Of a stretch of DNA of 64,000 bases, positions 40,154 through 50,761 are shown one piece after another. Each line of letters opens with the position of its first letter. Positions within the stretch are counted from its first letter, which is position 1. Below the pieces are notes generated by a model. It was not told the origin of the DNA and made no database searches. It saw nothing but the letters and a program-made list of their open reading frames with translations. A program made the position numbers and the translations under genes. Source of the DNA: Giardia intestinalis (Eukaryota); NCBI GenBank assembly GCA_000002435.2, contig CM018792.1; one strand, given 5' to 3'.

Positions 40154-43100
40154 TGGAGTGTGATATGCACAAAGGCCAGTAGTGGAGTGTGCACTGCTTG
40201 TAAGGCAGATAACGGCCTGTTCAAGAACCCGGCTGCAACACCAGAGAAGGGTAGCGAGTGCATCCTCTGTCATGATGTCAATGGGGCAGATGGATATACA
40301 GGGGTGGCTAACTGCGCCACATGTACGGCACCAAGTGGTAGTCCAGGAGCGGCCACGTGTGATACCTGCAGAGATGGATACTATAAGAACGCTCAGACAT
40401 GTGAGAAGTGTGATCAGTCCTGTCTGACCTGTGAGACTACAGAGACCCAGTGTACCTCTTGTAAGGGAAATACGTTCCTGAAGGATAATGCATGCGTGAA
40501 TAGTGATGGATGCACTGGAAACACTTATGCTGACCCTGTGACAATGACCTGCAAGGCGTCTGGTATAGTAGATTGCACCACGTGTGAGTACAACCCGGCA
40601 ACTGGGGGCCCAAAGTGCACGGCATGTAATGGAGCTAAGATAGTCAAGGAAGAGGCCGACGGGACGACTACGTGTATAGACGCCGGCACCTGCACTCAAA
40701 GCGGAGCAACTGGTGAGAACTTCTTGAGCGACGGAGATGCCGAATGCATACTATGTAGCAACGATAGCAGCAAGACAGATAATAACAAGGGAAGCCCCGG
40801 TTGCGGGACCTGCAGCAAGAACGGCGCTAAGCCAGAATGCAAGACGTGCCTCGATGGCTACTACGACAGCGGGAACGGTAACCCCGCCGTATGCGTTGCG
40901 TGCGCTGGCGATTGCGGAAAGTGCGGGCCAGGAGGCGCTATAGATACCTGTGAAAAGTGCAAGCCAGGGTTTTTCTTAAAGAATGACGGGACCAAGAAGT
41001 GCGTCCCATGCGACGATCCGACAGATGGAGTGCCCGGCTGTGCAACGTGCACCCTCTCTGGCTCGTTTACTTGTGACTCTTGTAAGGTGAACTACCAAAA
41101 GAAGGTAGGGGCTGGAGGAGCGGTCACGTGTGTGAAGACTTGCGAGGACCCCACGGCTTGTGGGGGGACAGCTGGCGCCTGCGATGCCATGATAATTGAT
41201 GATCAGGGTAACACAAAGCACTACTGTTCCTACTGTGGAGAGACCAATAAGATACCAATTGATGGGAAGTGTGTTGATAGTGGTAGTATAAATGGTAATA
41301 CTTGTAACAGTCATACATGTACATCATGTGCTGCTAATTACTTCTTATATATGGGTGGTTGTTATAAAGCAACAGAGGTGCCTGGTAGCCTCATGTGCAA
41401 GACCGCTGACAACGGTGTCTGTACCGCTGCTAATGCCAACAATAAGTACTTCGTAGTACCAGGGGCAACCAATCAGAATCAGTCTGTGTTGGCCTGTGGT
41501 AACCCCCTAGGCACACTAGTAGGCACTCAAGGTACTGCTAAGGCATATGTGGGGGTGGATGGCTGCTCACAGTGTACGGCCCCAGCAGCTCCATCTGATG
41601 GTGGTATGACTGCTGCTATATGCACTTCTTGTGACAATAGTAAGAAGCCCAACAGGGATGGCAGTGGGTGTGTGCTGTGTCCTGTGAGTGATTGCAAGAG
41701 CTGTGTGGTGGATAATATATGTGAAGAGTGTGTTGATGGGCTCTACTTCAAAGCTGGTGAGACACCCAGCTGTGTTAGTGCAGAGGCGTGTACTAATGAG
41801 GAGGGCTTCTTCATCGACGCTACCGAGAAGAAGTGCACCGCGTGTGCAGATGATAATTGCGCTGTGTGCGCGGCCAAGGAGCAACAGAAGTGCAGCCGGT
41901 GTAAAACGTCTGGGACCAAGAAGTACCTGATGAAGGATGGCGAGTCCACAACCGGCACGTGCGTTGACACAGCTGGTTGTCCGGCAACCCACTACGTTGA
42001 TGAAGAAGCAAAGGAGTGCAACACCTGCGTTTCAGGAGGGACGGTGGACTGCACCACTTGTGAGAAAGGCGCCAACGGAGTGGTTTGCAAGACATGTACG
42101 ACTGATACGAAGACCATCTTTGGTCTCAACAGAAAGTCGTGCGTTGCTAGTTGCCCTGCTAACTCTACCCCCAAGGCCACCGGGCAGGGTAGCCAAATGT
42201 GCGAGTGCAACGAAGGACTCCAACCTAATACTGAATCGACTGAATGCCAACCAATCAGTAACTGTAACACAGAGCACTGTTTGGAGTGCACCGGTGAAGG
42301 TGCCGATAAGGAGGTCTGTACAAAGTGTCTGTCTGAGTACTACCTCACCCCAACCAGTCAATGCGTATCTGACTGCACGACCCTCAAGGGCTACTACGGA
42401 AATGACACTGACAGAAAGTGCAAGAAGTGCAACGATGCGTGCGTAGAGTGCAAGGGTGAGGGCGCTGATAAGTGTACGGCTTGTCCTGCTGGGAGGATGC
42501 TTCAGTATACAGATGCTGATACTCCTGCCAATGGGGGCACGTGCATGAACCAGTGCAGCGTGAGCCCTGCAAACGATGGATGCGCAGAGTGTGGGGCCCA
42601 AATAGGAGGAACTGCATACTGCTCAAAGTGCAAGAACACTCAACAGGCACCACTGGATGGCAACTGTGCGGCCAATACGCGAACACGATTTTGCACTACG
42701 GTGAGTAATGGAGCATGCACTCAATGTGAAAATAACTACTTCCTCAAAGATGGTGGTTGCTATCAGACAGATAGACAGCCTGGCAAGCAAGTGTGTACTA
42801 CAGTGCAGGGAGGAAAATGTACAAAATGTGCCAGTGGTCTAACGGCTGATAATGGCGATTGTTCCAATAAAAGGTGCCATCTTAGCTGCGAGACATGCAC
42901 GGCTGCTAACGACGCTAACGCCTGTGCTACATGCAGCACTGGATATTACAAACCGCAGAGTGCTGGGACAAAGTGTAATCCGTGCTCTGAGGGGCTCGCT
43001 GGGTGCAGGCAGTGCACGGTGTCATCCACCGGTGCGTTCATGTGCCTCGTGATGGGCGACGGCACTGGCGACAACACCGGCGGAAGCGTCAACAGGGGCG

Positions 43101-43207
43101 GGCTCAGCACAGGCGCCATCGCGGGGATCTCCGTCGCTGTCATCGTTGTCGTGGGCGGCCTCGTGGGCTTCCTCTGCTGGTGGTTCATATGTAGGGGGAA
43201 GGCGTGA
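40154..43207 (+). CDS. VSP unit 7, 5'-truncated, enlarged (1015 codons) by a ~1.2-kb extra cysteine-repeat region; no ATG at unit start
   Basis: VICTKASSGVCTACKADNGLFKNP... (GTG at 40160). The extra segment at ~41700-42900 (CTNEEGFFIDATEKKCTACADDNCAVCAA...CHLSCETCTAANDANACATC) has no counterpart in the other units. Ends GGLVGFLCWWFICRGKA. Confidence 0.65.
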   Translation, partial: WSVICTKASSGVCTACKADNGLFKNPAATPEKGSECILCHDVNGADGYTGVANCATCTAPSGSPGAATCDTCRDGYYKNAQTCEKCDQSCLTCETTETQCTSCKGNTFLKDNACVNSDGCTGNTYADPVTMTCKASGIVDCTTCEYNPATGGPKCTACNGAKIVKEEADGTTTCIDAGTCTQSGATGENFLSDGDAECILCSNDSSKTDNNKGSPGCGTCSKNGAKPECKTCLDGYYDSGNGNPAVCVACAGDCGKCGPGGAIDTCEKCKPGFFLKNDGTKKCVPCDDPTDGVPGCATCTLSGSFTCDSCKVNYQKKVGAGGAVTCVKTCEDPTACGGTAGACDAMIIDDQGNTKHYCSYCGETNKIPIDGKCVDSGSINGNTCNSHTCTSCAANYFLYMGGCYKATEVPGSLMCKTADNGVCTAANANNKYFVVPGATNQNQSVLACGNPLGTLVGTQGTAKAYVGVDGCSQCTAPAAPSDGGMTAAICTSCDNSKKPNRDGSGCVLCPVSDCKSCVVDNICEECVDGLYFKAGETPSCVSAEACTNEEGFFIDATEKKCTACADDNCAVCAAKEQQKCSRCKTSGTKKYLMKDGESTTGTCVDTAGCPATHYVDEEAKECNTCVSGGTVDCTTCEKGANGVVCKTCTTDTKTIFGLNRKSCVASCPANSTPKATGQGSQMCECNEGLQPNTESTECQPISNCNTEHCLECTGEGADKEVCTKCLSEYYLTPTSQCVSDCTTLKGYYGNDTDRKCKKCNDACVECKGEGADKCTACPAGRMLQYTDADTPANGGTCMNQCSVSPANDGCAECGAQIGGTAYCSKCKNTQQAPLDGNCAANTRTRFCTTVSNGACTQCENNYFLKDGGCYQTDRQPGKQVCTTVQGGKCTKCASGLTADNGDCSNKRCHLSCETCTAANDANACATCSTGYYKPQSAGTKCNPCSEGLAGCRQCTVSSTGAFMCLVMGDGTGDNTGGSVNRGGLSTGAIAGISVAVIVVVGGLVGFLCWWFICRGKA

Positions 43208-43231
43208 CTTAGGTAGTGAATGCTATACAAT

Positions 43232-43292
43232 GGGTGATAGAGGGTGATAGAGGGTGATAGAGGGTGATAGTGTGATGATAGTATGATAGTGC
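43232..43292. repeat. inter-unit spacer repeats (GGGTGATAGA)x4 followed by (TGATAG)-type hexamers
   Basis: tgggtgatagagggtgatagagggtgatagagggtgatagtgtgatgatagtatgatagtgctatg. Comparable GTGATAG/GGTGATAGAG runs of variable length follow the poly(A) signal of every VSP unit (for example 30417-30465, 34385-34420, 36317-36360, 45262-45320, 48895-48940). Confidence 0.8.
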
Positions 43293-45235
43293 TATGTGGT
43301 GTGCTGTGCTCTGTGGGTGATAGTGATAGTGTGGGACTCCTCTTCATGGGCGGGTGCTACAAGACAGAGAGTCAGCCCGGCAGTGAGATATGCACAGCAG
43401 CCAAGGATGGAGTATGCACTGCTTGTAAGGCAGATAACGGCCTGTTCAAGAACCCTGCTGCACCTCAGAAGCCTGGTAGTGAGTGCATACTCTGTCATGA
43501 TGCCACAGGAGCAGATGGATATACGGGAGTAGAGAACTGCGCACAGTGTACCAAGTCAGACAGTAATAAGGGGGCAGCCACGTGCACCGAGTGTCAAGAT
43601 GGATACTATAAGAACGCTCAGACATGTACCAAATGTAATGACGCTTGTCTGACTTGCGATGGAAGTGGCCAGAATGCGTGCACATCGTGTCCAGAGGGGA
43701 AGTACCTGAAGGGTGATAACACTTGTGTAGATGCTAATCAATGTGGTGCTGATAAGTACGCAGACAAGAAGACCTGGACCTGCAAGGCATGTGATCCCGA
43801 CATAACTGGGTGCACCGCATGTGCATACGAGGATGCCACCGGCGGCCCTGTTTGCAGTACATGCGGTAGCCCCAATAGCTTGGTCAAAACTGCCAGTGAT
43901 GGCACAACAACGTGTGTCGATGCAAATGGGTGCAAAGAAGGGGGCATGCACTTCGTTGACGATGGTAACACCAAGTGCATATTATGCAGTGATACTAATG
44001 GAGGAAGTCCAAATGATCAGGGAAAGGATAACTGTAAGAAATGTACTAAGGCTAATTCAGGACAACCACCGGAGTGCTCAGCGTGCCTCGATGGATACTT
44101 CTTTGATAATAGTGCTAAGACATGTACAAACAAGTGCGCCCCCAACTGTGCCATGTGCTCTGAAGCTACGACAGAAAATAAGTGCCTGACCTGCAAGGAG
44201 GGGTTCTTTCTGAAGGTTAGTGGTACCCCAGGACAATGCTTCGCCTGTGATAGCGTAGAGAATGGTGGCATAGATGGGTGTGCTGAGTGCACAAATAGTG
44301 GCACATTTAAGTGTACAAAGTGTAAGGTGAACTACAGACCCAGCGGAGACTCTTCGACTGGGGTCACGTGTACCAAGATTTGTGAAGACGAGACTGCCTG
44401 CGGGGGTACTTCTGGTGCCTGCGATGCCATGATAATTGATGATCAGGGCAACACAAAGAATTATTGTTCCTATTGTGGAGATAGTACTAAGGTACCAATT
44501 GATGGACTATGTGTCAGTACTGGTAGCAATGCAAATGGTAATACTTGTACCAGTCATACATGTACATCATGTGCTCAAGGGTACTTCTTGTATATGGGAG
44601 GGTGTTACAGTGTATTAACTCAGCCGGGTAAGTCCATGTGCAAGACATCAAGTAAGGAGGGGATATGCACAGAGGCAGCAAGTAATAAGTACTTCCTGGT
44701 ACCAGAAGCAACCAATGCTCAGCAGTCTGTATTGGCTTGTAGTAACCCCCTTGGCACACTAATAGGCACTCAAGACAAAGCTAAGGCATACGTGGGGGTG
44801 GATGGCTGCTCCCAGTGTACAGCCCCGACACCTTTGACTGGGGCTGGTATGGCCCCCGCTGTGTGCACAGCGTGTAGCGGCACCAACAAGCCCAACCTGG
44901 CTGGGAGCGGGTGCTTCGCATGTGCTGTTGAGGGATGCTCGCACTGCAATAGAGACAACATGTGCGAGAAGTGTGATAACAACAAGAAGGTGAGCCCCGG
45001 GAGGAAGTCATGCGTGGATGGCTGTCCCAGCAACTCCACTGACACCGACTCTGTCTGTGTGTGCAACGATGGATACAGCCCTGATGATGCTGGGGCCTCC
45101 TGTGTGTCCTCTGGCGCCAACAGGAGCGGGCTCTCCACGGGGGCCATCGCGGGGATCTCCGTCGCTGTGGTCGCTGTCGTGGGGGGCCTCGTGGGCTTCC
45201 TCTGCTGGTGGTTCGTGTGCAGGGGGAAGGCATGA
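43283..45235 (+). CDS. VSP unit 8, 5'-truncated at the LLFMGGCYK breakpoint, ATG within spacer repeat
   Basis: ATG at 43283 gives MIVLCGVLCSVGDSDSVGLLFMGGCYKTESQPGSEICTAAKDGVCTAC... The 3' ~460 nt are identical to unit 2. Ends CRGKA. Confidence 0.7.
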   Translation: MIVLCGVLCSVGDSDSVGLLFMGGCYKTESQPGSEICTAAKDGVCTACKADNGLFKNPAAPQKPGSECILCHDATGADGYTGVENCAQCTKSDSNKGAATCTECQDGYYKNAQTCTKCNDACLTCDGSGQNACTSCPEGKYLKGDNTCVDANQCGADKYADKKTWTCKACDPDITGCTACAYEDATGGPVCSTCGSPNSLVKTASDGTTTCVDANGCKEGGMHFVDDGNTKCILCSDTNGGSPNDQGKDNCKKCTKANSGQPPECSACLDGYFFDNSAKTCTNKCAPNCAMCSEATTENKCLTCKEGFFLKVSGTPGQCFACDSVENGGIDGCAECTNSGTFKCTKCKVNYRPSGDSSTGVTCTKICEDETACGGTSGACDAMIIDDQGNTKNYCSYCGDSTKVPIDGLCVSTGSNANGNTCTSHTCTSCAQGYFLYMGGCYSVLTQPGKSMCKTSSKEGICTEAASNKYFLVPEATNAQQSVLACSNPLGTLIGTQDKAKAYVGVDGCSQCTAPTPLTGAGMAPAVCTACSGTNKPNLAGSGCFACAVEGCSHCNRDNMCEKCDNNKKVSPGRKSCVDGCPSNSTDTDSVCVCNDGYSPDDAGASCVSSGANRSGLSTGAIAGISVAVVAVVGGLVGFLCWWFVCRGKA

Positions 45236-45319
45236 CTTAGGTAGTGAATGCTGTACAATGTGTGATAGAAGGTGATAGTGGGTGATAATGGGTGATAGTG
45301 GGTGATGATAGTGTGATAG

Positions 45320-47071
45320 TGGAGTGACATATGCACACAGGCTAGTGATGGAGTGTGCACTGCTTGTAATACAGCTAACGGCCTGTTCAAGAACCCGGCT
45401 GCACCATCAGAGAAGGGTAGTGAGTGCATACTCTGCTGGGACACGGTGGGAGATGGCGCGACGAAGGGAGTCCAGGGCTGTGCCACATGTACAGCACCAG
45501 CTAATAATAAGGGGGCTGCCACGTGTACTAAGTGCCAAGATGGATACTATAAGAACGCTCAGACATGTGTCAAATGTAATGAAGCTTGTCTGACCTGCGA
45601 TGGAAGTGGCCAGAATGCGTGCACATCGTGCCCAGAGGGGAAGTACCTGAAGACTGACAAGTCATGCGTGAATAATAATGGATGCACTGGAAACACTTAT
45701 GCTGACCCGGAGTCGGGGAAGTGCCTTCCTTGCAACACGATAGATCAAGCATGTACCCAGTGTGAGGTTGATTCGACTACCAAGAAGCCGAAGTGCACAG
45801 CTTGTGATAACAGTGGGAAAAAGGTAAAGACGGCCATCGATGGCACCACAACGTGCGTTGATGTGAGCTCTAATTGCGTGGATGCTGATCACTTCAAGGC
45901 AGATGGTGACTCAGCGTGTGTCTTGTGCAGCGATACCAGCGGATCAGACCCAAAGAACAAAGGCATTGCTGGCTGTAAGGCTTGCACGAAGACAGCGAGT
46001 GCTAATCCAACCTGCTCGGAGTGCCTAGCTGGATACTACAGTAGTGGTAGTGGTACGGTTACATGCACAGCCTGTGGACAAAACTGTGCCACCTGCACTC
46101 AAGCTGGCAACAATCAGTGCACTAAGTGCAAGGCAGGGTTCTTCCTGAAAGGCAATGGTCCCGGTGAGTGTGTCCCATGTGATGATGCACAGAATCAAGG
46201 GATCGAGGGCTGTGCCGAGTGCACTGGTACTACAGGATCCCTCAAGTGTACTAAGTGCAAGCCTAACAGGAAGCCCGCGGGAAACCAAGACAACTATACA
46301 TGCACAGAGAAGACCTGCGAGGATGAGACTGCATGTGGTGGGACAGCTGGCTCTTGTGATGCCACAGTGATTGATAATCAGGGCAATGCAAAGCACTACT
46401 GTTCCTATTGTGGAGAGGCTAATAAGTTCCCTATCAACGGTGTCTGTGTTGAAAGTAGTCAAAAGAACGGGAATAACTGTAACAGTCATACATGTACATC
46501 ATGTGCTCAAGGGTACTTTATGTACATGGGAGGGTGCTATGATGCGTCGAAGGCTCCCGGTAGTCATATGTGCAAGACCGCTGACAACGGTGTCTGTACT
46601 ACTCCCAATGCCAACAATAGGTACTTCCTGGTCCCAGGGGCATCCAACACTGATCAGTCTGTGTTGGCTTGTAGTAACCCATTAGGCACACTAGTAGGCA
46701 CTGGTGATACTGCTAAGGCATACGTGGGGGTACTCAACTGTTCACAGTGCACAGCCCCAGCAGCTCTGTCTGATGGTGGTATGGCTGCTGCTATATGTAC
46801 CTCCTGTGACAGTAGTAAGGTGCCCAACAGGGATGGCAGCGGGTGTGTGCTGTGCTCTGACACCAACTGCAAGAGCTGTGTGATGGACGGTGTGTGTGGG
46901 GAGTGCAGTGATGGGTACAGTCTAGAGGGTGGCAGGTGCGTGTCCTCTGGCGCCAACAGGAGCGGGCTCTCCACGGGGGCCATCGCGGGGATCTCCGTCG
47001 CTGTCATCGCTGTCGTGGGTGGTCTCATAGGGTTCCTCTGCTGGTGGTTCGTGTGTAGGGGGAAGGCGTGA
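45320..47071 (+). CDS. VSP unit 9, 5'-truncated at (D)ICT breakpoint; no ATG at unit start
   Basis: Open from the TAG at 45317-45319 and reads DICTQASDGVCTACNTANGLFKNP... The ORF-track start at 45353 is a GTG. The 3' ~1.4 kb are nearly identical to unit 12. Confidence 0.65.
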   Translation, partial: WSDICTQASDGVCTACNTANGLFKNPAAPSEKGSECILCWDTVGDGATKGVQGCATCTAPANNKGAATCTKCQDGYYKNAQTCVKCNEACLTCDGSGQNACTSCPEGKYLKTDKSCVNNNGCTGNTYADPESGKCLPCNTIDQACTQCEVDSTTKKPKCTACDNSGKKVKTAIDGTTTCVDVSSNCVDADHFKADGDSACVLCSDTSGSDPKNKGIAGCKACTKTASANPTCSECLAGYYSSGSGTVTCTACGQNCATCTQAGNNQCTKCKAGFFLKGNGPGECVPCDDAQNQGIEGCAECTGTTGSLKCTKCKPNRKPAGNQDNYTCTEKTCEDETACGGTAGSCDATVIDNQGNAKHYCSYCGEANKFPINGVCVESSQKNGNNCNSHTCTSCAQGYFMYMGGCYDASKAPGSHMCKTADNGVCTTPNANNRYFLVPGASNTDQSVLACSNPLGTLVGTGDTAKAYVGVLNCSQCTAPAALSDGGMAAAICTSCDSSKVPNRDGSGCVLCSDTNCKSCVMDGVCGECSDGYSLEGGRCVSSGANRSGLSTGAIAGISVAVIAVVGGLIGFLCWWFVCRGKA

Positions 47072-47124
47072 CTTAGGTAGTGAATGCTCTATAGTGTATG
47101 ATAATGGGTGATAGAGGGTGATAG

Positions 47125-48870
47125 TGGAGTGAGATATGCACAGCAGCCAGTGATGGACTGTGCACTGCTTGTAAGACAGCTAACGGCCTGTTCAAGAACC
47201 CTGCTACAGCACCAGAGAAGGGAAGGGAGTGCATCCTGTGCTCTGATACGACAGATAGAGACGGGGTCACGGGAGCCGCTGGATGCTCAGAATGCTCCCA
47301 CACGGGCACTAGCGGACCGGCCACATGCACTGTCTGCCAAGATGGATACATTAAGAAGGGTGATGCATGTGAGAAGTGTGATCAGTCTTGTCTGACCTGC
47401 GATGCAAGTGGTCCGAATCAGTGTACATCGTGTCCAGAGGGGAAGTACCTGAAGAGTAATCAATGTGTACAAGATACTGGATGCGATGGAAACACTTATG
47501 CTGACCCAGAGTCGGGGAAGTGCAAGGCATGTAGTACGATACACGCAGAGTGCACGGCATGCTCCTTCGACAAGGCCACGGGGAAGCCAAAGTGCACAAA
47601 CTGCGGTGCCAGTAAGATCCCCAGGACGACCCTCGACGGGACCTCGACCTGCGTGACAAAAGGGTATACAGAATGCCAAGGAGCAGACAAGGAGCTGTTC
47701 ATGAAGGAGGACCAATCGGCGTGCCTGCTGTGCGGAGATACTAAAGAAGCTAGCAACGATAAGGGGGTCGCTAACTGTAGGACGTGCACTAAGAATGCAA
47801 ATGACTCCCCTCCAACTTGCACAGCGTGCCTCAATGGATACTTCTTTGAACAGTCATCAAACACTTGTTCGGCTTGTGGGGCCAACTGTGCCACATGTTC
47901 AGCTAAAACTGCTGAGGATAAGTGCTTAACATGCAAGGAGGGGTTCTTCCTGGCCGGCACCGGCGAAGGAAAGTGCATCTCGTGCGAGAATGGTAATGAT
48001 AGTGGCTACAGCGGGCTTGCAGGATGCCTCTCTTGCACAGCCCCAGCCGCCCCGGGCCCGGCCAGCTGCAACCGCTGCAAGATCGGCTACAAGTTACAGG
48101 GAACAACGTGTGTGAAGACCTGCGAGGATGAGACTGCCTGCGGGGGTACTTCTGGGGCCTGCGATGCCATCGTAATAGATGATAAGGGCAACACAAAGCA
48201 CTACTGTTCATACTGTGGGGATAGCAGTAAGTATCCTATAGATGGTCTCTGTGCTAGTGAGGCTCAAAGTAATACTTGTAACAACCATGTCTGTGAGTCT
48301 TGTACTACGGGGTACTTCCTATACATGAACGGCTGCTATGATGTGTCGAAGCCTCCTGGTAATCTCATGTGCTCCAAAGCAACAACAGCTGGTGTCTGCA
48401 CAGAAGCAGCCAACAATAAGTACTTCGTAGTCCCAGAAGCAAAGGCTACTGATCAGTCTGTACTAGCCTGTGGTAACCCCCTGGGCACATTGATAGGCAC
48501 TCAAGGTACTGCTAAGGCATACGTGGGGGTGGATGGCTGCTCCCAGTGTACAGCCCCGACACAGCTAGAGGCTCCTGGTATGACCTCCGCTGTGTGTACT
48601 GCCTGTGACAGTGGTAGGAAGCCCAACAGGGATGGCAGTGGGTGTGTAGTATGCTCTGACACCAACTGCAAGAGCTGTGTGATGGACGGTGTGTGTGGGG
48701 AGTGCAACAGTGGCTTCAGTTTAGACAATGGTAAGTGTGTGTCCTCTGGCGCCAACAGGAGCGGGCTCTCCACGGGGGCCATCGCGGGGATCTCCGTCGC
48801 TGTGGTCGCTGTCGTGGGGGGCCTCGTGGGCTTCCTCTGCTGGTGGTTCGTGTGTAGGGGGAAGGCGTGA
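47125..48870 (+). CDS. VSP unit 10, 5'-truncated at EICTAAS breakpoint; no ATG at unit start
   Basis: The 5' ~520 nt are nearly identical to the 5' ends of units 4 and 12. The ORF-track start at 47653 is a GTG. The 3' part shares a ~450-nt block with unit 6. Ends CRGKA. Confidence 0.65.
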   Translation, partial: WSEICTAASDGLCTACKTANGLFKNPATAPEKGRECILCSDTTDRDGVTGAAGCSECSHTGTSGPATCTVCQDGYIKKGDACEKCDQSCLTCDASGPNQCTSCPEGKYLKSNQCVQDTGCDGNTYADPESGKCKACSTIHAECTACSFDKATGKPKCTNCGASKIPRTTLDGTSTCVTKGYTECQGADKELFMKEDQSACLLCGDTKEASNDKGVANCRTCTKNANDSPPTCTACLNGYFFEQSSNTCSACGANCATCSAKTAEDKCLTCKEGFFLAGTGEGKCISCENGNDSGYSGLAGCLSCTAPAAPGPASCNRCKIGYKLQGTTCVKTCEDETACGGTSGACDAIVIDDKGNTKHYCSYCGDSSKYPIDGLCASEAQSNTCNNHVCESCTTGYFLYMNGCYDVSKPPGNLMCSKATTAGVCTEAANNKYFVVPEAKATDQSVLACGNPLGTLIGTQGTAKAYVGVDGCSQCTAPTQLEAPGMTSAVCTACDSGRKPNRDGSGCVVCSDTNCKSCVMDGVCGECNSGFSLDNGKCVSSGANRSGLSTGAIAGISVAVVAVVGGLVGFLCWWFVCRGKA

Positions 48871-48933
48871 CTTAGGTAGTGAATGCTGTACAATGTGTGA
48901 TAGAAGGTGATAGTGGGTGATAATGGGTGATAA

Positions 48934-50708
48934 TGGAGTGTGATATGTACAGCAGCCAGTGATGGAGTGTGCACTGCTTGTAACACAGCTAACCAGTACA
49001 TATTCCAGAACAAGGCTACGACAGTGACCCCTGGTGGGGAGTGCATACTGTGCCATGATGCCACGGGAGCGAATGAGAACAAGGGAGTGGCTAATTGCCT
49101 CAAGTGCACGGCACCAGCTAATAGTCCAGGGGCTGCCACGTGTACTGAGTGCATGTCTGGCTTCTCAGGAGACTCGTGTGCTACTCAATGCGGAGGAGAC
49201 TGTGCCGCCTGTGATAAGAGTAACCAAAATCAGTGCACCTCTTGTAAGACTGGGAAGTACCTGAAAGAGAATCAATGTGTGGAAAAAAGTGCATGTAACA
49301 ACAATCACTACCCCGATGACACTAGCATGACCTGCGTCGCCTGTAGCACCATACAAGATTGCACAGCATGCACAATGGACCAGTCCACGGGGAAGCCAAA
49401 GTGCACTAACTGCGGTGCCAGTAAGATCCCCAGGACGACTCTCGACGGAACCTCGACCTGCGTGACAAAAGGGTATACAGAATGCCAAGGAGCAGACAAG
49501 GAGCTGTTCATGAAGGAGGACCAATCGGCGTGCTTATTATGCGGAGACAATACTGAGGATACATCTGAGTCCAATAAAAACCAGGGAACTCCTAATTGCA
49601 AGACCTGTACCAAGACAGCATCCACTAAACCGGTCTGTGAGACGTGCAAGGATGGCTTCTTCTTTAATACTGGTGATAAGACATGTACAAACAAGTGCGA
49701 TGCCACCTGCAAGACGTGCTCTGCTGCTACAGATGCTAACCGATGCTTAACTTGTATGCCCGGATACTTCCCCATCGATAGTACAGATCAACAAGGGAAG
49801 AAGTGCGTCCCATGCGATAGTGTGGACGACAAGGGTCGCGAAGGGTGCAGTGTCTGCTCTAACAATGGTGGATTCAAGTGTACTGAATGTAAGGTGAACT
49901 ATAAGAAGCAGTCCAATGGAGATGCAGGGGATGACTATACATGTGTGAAGACTTGTGAAGACCCCACGGCTTGTGGGGGGACAGCTGGCGCCTGCGATGC
50001 CATGATAATTGATGATCAGGGTAACACAAAGCACTACTGTTCCTACTGTGGAGAGACCAATAAGATACCAATTGATGGGAAGTGTGTTGATAGTGGTAGT
50101 ATAAATGGTAATACTTGTAACAGTCATACATGTACATCATGTGCTGCTAATTACTTCTTATATATGGGTGGTTGTTATAAAGCAACAGAGGTGCCTGGTA
50201 GCCTCATGTGCAAGACCGCTGACAACGGTGTCTGTACCGCTGCTAATGCCAACAATAAGTACTTCGTAGTACCAGGGGCAACCAATCAGAATCAGTCTGT
50301 GTTGGCCTGTGGTAACCCCTAGGCACACTAGTAGGCACTCAAGGTACTGCTAAGGCATACGTGGGAGTGGATGGCTGCTCCCAGTGCACAGCCCCGACAG
50401 CTCTAACAACAGCTGGCATGACTGCTGCTATATGCACTGCCTGTGACAGTGGTAAGAAGCCCAACAGGGATGGCAGTGGGTGTGTGCTGTGCTCTGTGGG
50501 TGATTGTAAGAGCTGTGTGATGGATAATATATGTGGGGAGTGCAACAGTGGCTTCAGTCTAGACAATGGCAAGTGTGTGTCCTCTGGCAGTAACAGAAGC
50601 GGCCTCTCCACGGGGGCCATCGCGGGGATCTCCGTCGCTGTCATCGCTGTCGTGGGTGGTCTCATAGGGTTCCTCTGCTGGTGGTTCGTGTGTAGGGGGA
50701 AGGCGTGA
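48934..50708 (+). pseudogene. VSP unit 11, 5'-truncated and disrupted by a 1-nt deletion (C5 to C4 at ~50316) creating an in-frame TAG at 50320-50322
   Basis: ggtaacccctag (G N P *) here, versus ggtaaccccctaggc (G N P L G) in unit 7, with which it shares ~400 nt around this point. The remaining C-terminus with TM and CRGKA continues in the shifted frame (50361-50708). Confidence 0.7.
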
Positions 50709-50761
50709 CTTAGGTAGTGAATGCTCTATAGTGTATGATAATGGGTGATAGAGGGTGATAG

